A stretch of 64,000 nt of DNA from an uncultured virus (IMG/VR IMGVR_UViG_3300035180_002914) (taxonomy: Duplodnaviria > Heunggongvirae > Uroviricota > Caudoviricetes). The notes below the pieces were generated by a model. That model made no database searches. It was not told the DNA's origin and was given only the letters and a program-made list of their open reading frames with translations. Below are positions 38,942 to 47,324 of this stretch, piece by piece. Within the stretch, counting starts at the first letter, position 1. Each line of letters opens with the position of its first letter. Made by a program: the position numbers and the translations under genes. The stretch lies in IMG/VR virus record IMGVR_UViG_3300035180_002914. One strand, 5' to 3'.

Positions 38942-41467
38942 ATGAAAAAAATTAGTGAGTTTTTGTGTGAAGGTGCTTCAGGAAAAACTCGATACTCTAC
39001 CGAATTGGGAGTTTTGTCTCATTTTCTCGGAGGTATTGATATTAAATCTCCTGAAGATATTCTTGATGAAAATTTTTGGGGAGACACATCAAAATTTTCT
39101 GGTGGTTGGGATACTCTTAAAAAAAGATTAGATCTAATAACAAAAGATGGAAAACCTGAGATAGATGTTTCTCTTTTCAATGTTTTCAGAAGAAGAGGAG
39201 CAGAGCTTTCAAATGTAATGAAAGATGGAGACAATCCAACAGAATTTTCTTGGGCCGGTGGACAAAACAAATCAGCAGATTCGGATCCTTCTGATGTTTC
39301 ATTTACTAGTGGTTCTGAATATTCTGGTGTTTCTATAAAAGCCTCTGCTTCTTCAACATTAACTAATCTTACAGCAAAAGAAGTAGATAAAAATATAGAA
39401 GACGGCGGTGCTTCTTCAGATGATGAAAATTCCGAAGAAATAATAGACGCATTGGAAGACAATTTACCAAAAGAATTTTCAAAAGAAAATAGTGATATTT
39501 TTATTAAGACTGCTCCTTCAGAATTCAAAATTTTATGGAATAGTATTGTTGCTGATTATCTCCAAGAAATAAAAGAAGATAATGTAATTTACGGTTTTTC
39601 TAGGGGTGATGGGGAAAAGAAAGATTCATTTAAACAAGAAAAAATAGAAGAAGGTCAAAAGAAAAGCAAAATTATAAAATACGGAATATTTAAAAGAGAC
39701 AATCAATATTATGTCGTTGTTGGATTTAATATAGATGAAAATCCAACAAAGGAAGAAAATTTTTATTCCTATAATATAAAATCAAAATATTTTAGACCTT
39801 TTGGAAATTATTTTGTTCAAAATGCTTCAAAATTTAAAAACGAAAGAGACGCCTTCTTTAATAAAATAAAAGACTCTCTAAAACCACAATTTGAAAAACT
39901 TCTCGAAACTAAAGAAAACGTCTTTAGATTCTTAAATATTTCTAAAAAATCATATTATTACCTCACAGACAAAAAGATTTTCCTTGTGAAAAAACAAGCA
40001 GATTTTGGTGAAAATATTTCTGTAAAAATTTGTTCAAATAAGGCAGAAGATAATACTGGTATACAATACAATGTAGTAATATATTCTGATGGAACTCCAA
40101 AAGCTTCTTTTACCTTTTATTTGAGATATGCCAATGGCGTTTTCGTTGCTTCTCCGACAATAAGAATTCAGAAACCAAAAGGTTTTACAAGCTTCTGTTG
40201 GGAAGTCTTATCTGGTTCAGAACGCACAAAAATGAGTCAATGTAAAGAATCTACAATAAACGAAGGTGGAAATGTTTCAGTAAGGCTAGGCGACGAAATA
40301 CACACAGCAGATAAGATAGATTTGAATAAATTATCTAGAGGTGAAATTACAGCTAAAATAGCAGAAATGCTTAACACTATCAATGACAACTATGAAAAGA
40401 AATTCGGCACTCCTATTTGGAAAAATAGAGAATACCTAAATTCACATATGGTTTTCAACGGCTCTTCAAATGCGTTCTTTGATAAATCGATCAGTGATGA
40501 AGAATTCAAAAAATATAAACCTCTAGTCGGCGACATAGACCTTTCTGTACCTGATGTTCACTCAGAACAACTATTCGATTTTCTTCAAGATTATAGAGGT
40601 AAGGAAATATCAAAAGGCGTTCAATATATCGGTATGAATAAAGAGTCTGCTGGTAATAACGCTCAATTCAATTGTCTTTTCCTTCTCAAAGACTTCAATG
40701 TAAAAGTACAAATAGATTTTGAGTTGGTTTCATACGACCACAAGACTGGAATGCAAACAGACTTTTCATCTTTCGCTCATAGTTCTGTTTGGTCTGATAC
40801 TGTAATGGGATATGAAAATAAGATTAAGGGTGTTTCACATAAGCTATTAATAATCAATATGGTAAGAGCGCTTTCTATCAGACCAGATATTGTTTTATTG
40901 ACTGATGCGTCTCCTGAACCAGAAGATCCTTCTGAAGATGATAAAATGAAATTTTCTAGTTCATCTAAAGCGAAGGGAAGGCTTTCTATGCTAGCATTCT
41001 CTGTAGATAGAGGTATGAGAGTAAAATATAGACAAATCTTCTATAAAAACGGTGACCCTGTTATGCACGATGGAAAATATGTCTTTAAAGAGGAAAAAAC
41101 TTCTAATTCAGTTTATTCTAAAAATTTGGAAGAAATTTATGAGCTTCTTTTTAAAGAAAAGCCTACATCAGCAGATTTAACTCTTTTTAGATCATTCTAT
41201 GGTTGCTTAACTCTACTCAAGAGATATAATATCGACAAAAAAATTATTATGACTATGACAGAAATTATGATTAAAGAGAGTTTATGGGGATTAAATCCTA
41301 AATCTCAAGTCTTAGGTTTAAGCTCAAGAGAGGAAGATGAAGGTATTAAAATGGGTATTATAAATGCTATTATAAAATACTTCCCTTATGTTAAAAAAAT
41401 AGCAGAAGACTCTCAAGCGCTAAGAGACGAATATTACTCTAAAGTGACTTTGGATAGAAGAATTTAA
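38942..41467 (+). CDS. large probable internal virion protein with a nuclease-like N-half and a Pol-beta-type nucleotidyltransferase C-half
   Basis: Start MKKISEFLCE, internal STINE|GGNV, SDV..GVSIK, GSS...GDIDL and VQIDF; late-type promoter near 38908. Confidence 0.55.
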   Translation: MKKISEFLCEGASGKTRYSTELGVLSHFLGGIDIKSPEDILDENFWGDTSKFSGGWDTLKKRLDLITKDGKPEIDVSLFNVFRRRGAELSNVMKDGDNPTEFSWAGGQNKSADSDPSDVSFTSGSEYSGVSIKASASSTLTNLTAKEVDKNIEDGGASSDDENSEEIIDALEDNLPKEFSKENSDIFIKTAPSEFKILWNSIVADYLQEIKEDNVIYGFSRGDGEKKDSFKQEKIEEGQKKSKIIKYGIFKRDNQYYVVVGFNIDENPTKEENFYSYNIKSKYFRPFGNYFVQNASKFKNERDAFFNKIKDSLKPQFEKLLETKENVFRFLNISKKSYYYLTDKKIFLVKKQADFGENISVKICSNKAEDNTGIQYNVVIYSDGTPKASFTFYLRYANGVFVASPTIRIQKPKGFTSFCWEVLSGSERTKMSQCKESTINEGGNVSVRLGDEIHTADKIDLNKLSRGEITAKIAEMLNTINDNYEKKFGTPIWKNREYLNSHMVFNGSSNAFFDKSISDEEFKKYKPLVGDIDLSVPDVHSEQLFDFLQDYRGKEISKGVQYIGMNKESAGNNAQFNCLFLLKDFNVKVQIDFELVSYDHKTGMQTDFSSFAHSSVWSDTVMGYENKIKGVSHKLLIINMVRALSIRPDIVLLTDASPEPEDPSEDDKMKFSSSSKAKGRLSMLAFSVDRGMRVKYRQIFYKNGDPVMHDGKYVFKEEKTSNSVYSKNLEEIYELLFKEKPTSADLTLFRSFYGCLTLLKRYNIDKKIIMTMTEIMIKESLWGLNPKSQVLGLSSREEDEGIKMGIINAIIKYFPYVKKIAEDSQALRDEYYSKVTLDRRI

Positions 41468-41619
41468 TTTCTTCTGTTCACCTTAATACCATCTAGCAAA
41501 ATCTGGATTATATCTTACTGGAAAGAGAAAGGCGATTTTGTTATAAAGCGTTCTTTGAAATAAGGGAAAATTCTCCTTTATTTTAAACTTTTCTTAGCTA
41601 TAATTTTAACTATAAAAGG

Positions 41620-41918
41620 TTCTTTTAAATCCAGAGCATTATAAAGTTTGATTACAACGAACAAATATTGAAAATTGGTAATGATTGTGTATGCCTGTAA
41701 GACTTCGATCTTCCCATACATAATCCGCTTGCTTGCCGGCGTAGACAAGCCCGATTGGATTTCCTGAGGTCAATGGAAAACCTTTGCTGCGACGAGACTC
41801 GTAAGGTCAAAATACCTACACTGTTGTGTTTAAACTTTTGTGTTGTGAGGCGCACTAAAAACTCGAGAGTCTAAAAACTCTGACATCAAACTTGATTTTA
41901 TCTCTGGATTTAAAGAAT
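41620..41918 (+). ncRNA. about 300-nt structured RNA (unassigned)
   Basis: Own promoter (41582-41604); ends pair as AAATCCAGAG/CTCTGGATTT and AAGTTTGAT/ATCAAACTT; internal GATTGTGTATG/CATACATAATC stem. Confidence 0.6.
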
Positions 41919-41997
41919 TTTTAAACTAATTTCAGTTATAATAATTTATGAAAGTTGAAAAGAGAATTTTATTCAATGAGTTCTCTTTTCAGCCTTC

Positions 41998-42158
41998 CCA
42001 GCTGACACCTGATTGTGGTAAAGGCGAACAATCTATGAGTTTTCGTTGCTCTAAATAATAACGGACGGTTAGCACTTCCGTTAATATAGTGTTGAGTTAG
42101 TTTGATTGGCTGATTGCTCTAAAAAGAAGCCTTTAAGTGCTGTCTGGGAAACAGTGCG
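41998..42158 (+). ncRNA. double-pseudoknot RNA (unassigned)
   Basis: Loops TAAAGGC (42019) and AGCACT (42071) pair with the contiguous GCCTTTA-AGTGCT (42129-42141). Confidence 0.5.
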
Positions 42159-42205
42159 AATGATTCAATGGTTTCTTGGCGCCATTGAATCAAGAAATGA
42201 TACAA

Positions 42206-42337
42206 TTGAATCATAGAAAAAGACTACATCGTCAGCAAAACGATGAGATCGTAGGTTTATACCCTACCCAATTAGTGAATAATTAATTCGGAGCTTCCGA
42301 TTGATTAGAGCTGTCTCAAAATGTTCTTTTTCGATTT
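42206..42337 (+). ncRNA. YrlA-like Y RNA with a permuted tRNA-like module
   Basis: Terminal stem encloses an anticodon-like arm CATCGT-CAGCAAA-ACGATG, AGATC, T-arm GTAGG-N7-CCTAC and a D-like AGCT...AGAGC. A Ro60 gene is in the window. Confidence 0.65.
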
Positions 42338-42367
42338 TATCAATCTTTTATAAAAGATTCAAAAAAG

Positions 42368-42445
42368 AATGAATCATAAAGAGAGAATACAACGCAAATA
42401 TTGTCTGCCAATTGGATAGATCCAAACTTCTCTTTTGATTTCATC
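42368..42445 (+). ncRNA. short Y-RNA-like paralog
   Basis: Shares TGAATCA..AGAGAATACAACG ... TTCTCTTTTGATT terminal stem with the 42206 copy. Confidence 0.55.
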
Positions 42446-42507
42446 ATTCTTCTTTGAGTCTTTGTGTTGAGGACTCGTGGTGACCCGTGTCAAATAATTA
42501 AAATTGT

Positions 42508-42570
42508 AATGAATTACAAAAGAAGAATACATCGAAATTGGGTTTTGAATAGTTTCTTCTTTGATTCAAT
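42508..42570 (+). ncRNA. short Y-RNA-like paralog
   Basis: TGAATTACAAAAGAAGAATACATCG ... TTCTTCTTTGATTCA. Confidence 0.55.
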
Positions 42571-42694
42571 CGTTCAATTTTTAAACCTTTTTTTATTAGA
42601 ATAAAATTCTAGCAAGTCAGAAATATAATGTTTTTGATTCTGATTTGTTAGAGTTTTTACTCTTTATCTTGAAATTAAACAAGAAAGGATTACA

Positions 42695-42970
42695 ATGGCT
42701 GATACAAGTCCTTGGGAAATAGGAAAGAAATATCTCATCAGAACAGTGACTATGATTGACACTGGTAGACTAGTGGATGTGACACCGCAAGAGTTGGTGT
42801 TGGAAGACGCCGCTTGGATTGCGGACACCAATAGATTTTCTGACGCTCTGGTGGGAAAAAGAGAATTTAAAGAAGTTGAGCCGTTCCCTGACGGGAAAGT
42901 AATCATCGGCAGAGGCTCAATAATCGATGCCGTACAAATCAACATAGATTTGCCTAGAGAACAAAAGTAA
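42695..42970 (+). CDS. Sm/LSm-like protein
   Basis: Sm1-like IGKKYLIRTVTMIDTGRLVDV..ELVLEDA and Sm2-like VIIGRGSIIDAV; AAGGA RBS. Confidence 0.6.
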   Translation: MADTSPWEIGKKYLIRTVTMIDTGRLVDVTPQELVLEDAAWIADTNRFSDALVGKREFKEVEPFPDGKVIIGRGSIIDAVQINIDLPREQK

Positions 42971-43149
42971 CGACGTTCTTAAGGGTCGGTTTAGTAAAAT
43001 CTTTGTCTCGACCAAAATATAAATCTATGTCTTGGTCTAAGTCTAAGTTTAGATATGAGTCAGTATCAAATTCTAGACATATTTCTCGGTCTAGATCAGA
43101 GTCTTGGTTGAGAGTTGATTCAAGTTCAGGAACAGGTTTCGTGGCTTGA
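42967..43149 (+). CDS. Ser/Arg/Trp-rich peptide 1 (no canonical start at its leader; -1 frame of the Sm-like gene)
   Basis: Manual translation VTTFLRVGLVKSLSRPKYKSMSWSKSKFRYESVSNSRHISRSRSESWLRVDSSSGTGFVA*. Confidence 0.45.
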   Translation, partial: VTTFLRVGLVKSLSRPKYKSMSWSKSKFRYESVSNSRHISRSRSESWLRVDSSSGTGFVA

Positions 43150-43168
43150 ATAAAAAGAAGGCATAAAA

Positions 43169-43372
43169 ATGTGTATAGCAATCTTGAGAACAGGATACGA
43201 ACAAAATACATCTTGGACAAAGTCGAGATCTCAATCTTTTTCTTGTACAAAAACCTGATCAATGAATAAGTCTTGGACTGGAAAATATTTTAGATCCTTT
43301 TATTGGTCTTGGTCTGGGTCGAAGTCTAGACCTATTTGTACTTGTTCTTGGACTTGGCGAAGGCTAAAATAG
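43169..43372 (+). pseudogene. Ser/Arg/Trp-rich peptide 2 with in-frame TGA at 43256
   Basis: MCIAILRTGYEQNTSWTKSRSQSFSCTKT*SMNKSWTGKYFRSFYWSWSGSKSRP...; same RBS context as peptide 3. Confidence 0.55.
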
Positions 43373-43386
43373 AGGAAGGCGTAAAA

Positions 43387-43608
43387 ATGTGTATATCAGT
43401 TTTAATAATTGGACGTGAAAAAAATAGATCTAGATCTTGGTCAAATTCTAAGTATGGGACTGGTTTTTGGTCTGGGACAAGGTCTTGGTCTTGGACTAGA
43501 ACCAAAGCTAGTTCAAGGTCTGTAAGTCAGACTAAAAAATATTCTTGGTTTGTTTCAAAGTCTTGGTCTGAGTCTAGATCTAGATCGCTAGGGTCTGGAA
43601 CAAAATAA
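43387..43608 (+). CDS. Ser/Arg/Trp-rich peptide 3
   Basis: MCISVLIIGREKNRSRSWSNS...SWSESRSRSLGSGTK; start chosen from the repeated AAGGCrTAAAAATGTGTATA context. Confidence 0.65.
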   Translation: MCISVLIIGREKNRSRSWSNSKYGTGFWSGTRSWSWTRTKASSRSVSQTKKYSWFVSKSWSESRSRSLGSGTK

Positions 43609-43676
43609 AATTTTAAAGTTTAATAAAACTTTAAGGTAATTTACGATAGAATTTCGCCTATAAAGGAGAAGATAAA

Positions 43677-43904
43677 ATGCTAGAAGCGCTCCGCCCACAC
43701 GCAAAACAGCAAAGTGGTAATTGGTTGTCTAGAGATTATAAACTTCAAGAAATAGTTACCACAGAAAGAAATGGCGTGAAGTTCTCTAAAGACGCTATGA
43801 AAAACAATATGTATTCTGAAAGCGTAAAAAAGGATATAGAGGAGTTTTTCTCACCTAGAATAGAAAATGTTAGCAAACTTCTAGCTTTTGCTTCGAATAA
43901 ATAG
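43677..43904 (+). CDS. hypothetical protein
   Basis: AAGGAG RBS. Confidence 0.55.
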   Translation: MLEALRPHAKQQSGNWLSRDYKLQEIVTTERNGVKFSKDAMKNNMYSESVKKDIEEFFSPRIENVSKLLAFASNK

Positions 43905-43913
43905 GATTTTATA

Positions 43914-44051
43914 AGGTCGTTTGGGTTGGGAACCAGCCTTGTGGACTATAAACACAAAGCCTTTCGTGCTCAACTTTGTTGTAAGTTGTTAGTTAGGAAG
44001 TTCACTCTGTTTACAGAAGGGAACGGTTCACAAAAAATTGAGGAGTTTAAA
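43914..44051 (+). ncRNA. stand-alone TnpB omega-RNA scaffold (to 44031) plus guide
   Basis: Homologous to the 3' ends of both tnpB copies, with compensatory stem changes; ends GGTTCAC. Confidence 0.75.
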
Positions 44052-44632
44052 ATGCAGAATTGCATATTTAAGCTCTCGAATATAAATTTTGGTTGTCAAT
44101 CAAACCAGCAAAATTGTAATTTCGAGAGCATATATTAAGTCCTCTAAAATATAGTTTCTGATTCTATATTTTAGATGACTCTAAACTAAAACATAGAATC
44201 TGGAACTGAAAACTTCTTTCTCTTCCGTTTCTAAAATCAGAAAACAATAAATTCTAAAAATGTGATTTTAGAGGCGGATTTTCTCTAACAAAGCAAATCC
44301 CTTCAAATTATAACTACTGTTGTCAAATTGTCTCTAAATTTATGGTTGTAATTTCAATCATATTTTTAGGATTTATTTTTATAAGTTCTCGGTTACTTAT
44401 ATTTTTAAAAATTGTTGTATATGTTTCCTTTAGAGGGATTTTAAAAGACAGAAAGCAAAAATTTTAAATCTATCGAATTATTACTATATATTCTTTGTTA
44501 ATTGATAATCTATTATATCGATTAGTTAAGAATATACCAATTCTTACAGGAAGCTACTGTATAGCTTAATTTTTGATTGCTTTATTCATAAACAATCAGT
44601 TTCTTAGTCTTGTTCTTGCTTAATAGAACTTG

Positions 44633-46125
44633 GTGAACCGCTCCTTCATAAATGAAGGAGCTTCCTAACTAACAGCTTCCAGCGAAGCTGAAACACGAAA
44701 GGCTTTGCGTTTATATAAGTCCGCAAGGCTAGTTCCTAGCCCAAACGACTTCATACCTCTATATAGTATATGTACAGACGCCTGGAAATCTGGATTAGTC
44801 TGATGACCACAAGCCGTACATATAAATTTGTCTTGTTTAGGTCTGTTGTTCTTATCTATATTACCACAGTTTAAACAAGTAATAGAAGTATATAATGGAT
44901 CTACTTTTACAAACAATTTGTCATTAAGCGTTTGCTTATAAGAAAGCATTGTAGTAAATTGATAGAATGAAGCGCCTAAAATTGATTTATTTAAACCTGC
45001 TTTTTGTCTTACATTTTTTCCTTGTTTGACTTCATTTCCTTTAGCAGATTTAGTCATATTTTTCAATTTAAGGCCTTCAACTACTATCAAATCAAATTTG
45101 TTTGTTAATCTTGAAGAGATTTGGTGGTATAGATCCGTTCCTTTTATTAGTTATTTTCTTATGTAGTTTATTCAGTTTTTTCTGTGTCTTTTTATAATTA
45201 CTCCCTAATTTGGTTTTTGATTTTTTACTTACAAGAATTCTTCTAGATTGCTTTCGTATAAGACGTCTAATTATATCTTTTTCCGATAGTATCTTACGAT
45301 TAGAAGAACCATTGTTAATGAAATTTCCTGATTCAACCGATACTAAGTTTGATATCGGTTCAAAGAGAAAATCTACATTGTTAGAAACGGCAAAGTTATA
45401 CACATTCATATCTATACCTATACAATTGTCTTCATTCAAATTGTTAATAGATACAGGCTCTATTTCTTTTTCAAACGAAATTCCTATACTAGCGTAATAA
45501 CCGCTTGCATCTCTAGATATAACAACAGAAGTAAGCTTATAATCTTTAGGAAGTTCTCTATGATATCTTAGTTTGATATCTTGTTTCATAAGTCTTAGAG
45601 TAGTATTTCGTTTATCGGTTTCTTTAATAGATACTGCTTGATTATTCCAAACAAATGATTGTCTTACATCTTTACTTGATTTAAACTTTGGAAAACTGAT
45701 TGATAATGCTTTAGCTTTTTCTTTTGGAGTTATTGCTTTTTGAATGGCTTTATTTCTTTCGTCAATGACATATTTTGAAAATGCTCTTTTGACAGCTTTA
45801 AGGAAATTTATTCTAGCTTGTTGAATGACAACGGAAGAAAAAGGATTATTTCTAAGTTTTAAAGCTTTTTTTATAACTCTATCGTAAGAAACATTATCTC
45901 GATATTGTCTGTCTGACTTTTCGAGTTTTCTATTTCTTTCTTGTTCTTTTTGCCATAGATTTAAACAAATATTATAGGCTTGATTATAAACAAACATTTG
46001 ATGGTCAAGAACTTTCTTTTGTTCTTCTGTAGGATAGATCTGATATTTATAACCTAGATTTACAGTTTTGTTCATACGAAATTTAGTGTTGTTCCTTTTT
46101 ATAATTTGATTTATTTATTTGTTCA
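44633..46125 (-). mobile_element. tnpB: IS200/IS605-related tnpB-only element, copy 1 (ORFs 45092-46075 and 44665-45090)
   Basis: YKYQIYPTEEQ, FPKFK, GIDMN, IVVE, TSITC..CG and C..CG..NPD; right end GCGGTTCAC; no tnpA in window. Confidence 0.88.
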
Positions 46126-46520
46126 AAATGAAGTTAAACAAAAATTGAATTATCACAATAATAAACAGAATAAAATTTTAATAAGGACACATACTTGTCT
46201 TTTACGAGGTTTGGTTTATATTTTCGAAGCATTGTATCATCTCGCTATAAGCATAAAGTGAGAGATTTTTTGTGTTTTGAAGATAAAACTTGTTTATACG
46301 CCGCTGAGTATTTTAGCGGCGTATAACTATAAGTTATATCTCTTCCCTTTCTTCGTAATAGCGAAACACTTAAATAAAAACAAATTCGAATCGTCATTAA
46401 ATAACTCTACATTCAATTTAAACCTTTTTGCGATATAATAGCTGAAATTATTTCTTTTGTTCAAGACAGTATAGGTGTTTTATAAATAATTCAATTTTAA
46501 ATTGTGGAATACTAATCCGT

Positions 46521-47123
46521 ATGAAAAAGACTATGAACCTTGTTTATAAGTACAAATTTTTTCCTACCTTAGATCAAAAAGCTCTTCTTGATTACAATAT
46601 TTTTATATATAACCAAGCATATAATATCTGTCTAAGACGTTGGAAAAAAGATAAAAAAGAAAACGAAAAGCTTGGAAAAAATAATAAACAACAAGAACAA
46701 AGCCCAGAGTATTATGATGAGGTTATAGAACAAACTTTGAATTCTAAAAAGTTACCTTTTTTACCTGTGGTTATAAAACAAGCCAGAGTAAATTTTCTAA
46801 AAGATTTAAAACTAGCTTATTCTAACAGTGTTTCTTCAAAAAGAAGAAAAGCTTCAAAAAATTCGAAAGAAAAGAAAAAAAACAGAAAAACAGGAATTTC
46901 ACAACGTCGAGTCAAAAACATCAGACAATCGTTTGAGTGGGATGAAAAAGAAATGAGTATCAAAGAAGGCTACGATTACGCTACTCTTAGTCTGATGGAG
47001 CTTGACCTACGAATGTTATATCTCCAAAAACTCCCAAATGGCTATAGAATAACCTCTGTTTTGATAATAAGAGATGAGACTGGTTATTATGTTAGTGTGA
47101 AATTCTCGTTTGATAGAATTTAG
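46521..47123 (+). CDS. RuvC-less TnpB derivative (N-terminal HTH/WED part only)
   Basis: Colinear with the N-terminal ~200 aa of the other copies; stops just before the GIDMN RuvC-I motif. Confidence 0.75.
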   Translation: MKKTMNLVYKYKFFPTLDQKALLDYNIFIYNQAYNICLRRWKKDKKENEKLGKNNKQQEQSPEYYDEVIEQTLNSKKLPFLPVVIKQARVNFLKDLKLAYSNSVSSKRRKASKNSKEKKKNRKTGISQRRVKNIRQSFEWDEKEMSIKEGYDYATLSLMELDLRMLYLQKLPNGYRITSVLIIRDETGYYVSVKFSFDRI

Positions 47124-47324
47124 TATACAAAATAAATCTAACTAACCAAAACATCAGTTGAGTAAAATACGTTTGTTATAAAAACTGACCTTTTAAAGGC
47201 TTATAAAAAATTAAGTCATTTTGCTCTTAACTTCTTCGGAAGACTATCAGTCATAAAAATTTCACCATTCTATTTTAGAGAGGTTAAATTTCAATTTTAA
47301 GCTAAATAAATATAGTAATAAAAA

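Noticed and set aside
41652..41855. Minus-strand 67-aa ORF
   Set aside because: It lies inside a promoter-flanked structured element and has no RBS or recognisable motif.
42954..43262. Minus-strand ORF with DLDQD repeats
   Set aside because: It is the antisense reading of the TCT/AGA/TGG-rich RS peptide genes; the plus strand carries the RBSs.
43926..44138. 70-aa ORF resembling the TnpB C-terminal tail
   Set aside because: The similarity comes from the omega-RNA scaffold that overlaps the tnpB 3' end; there is no RBS.
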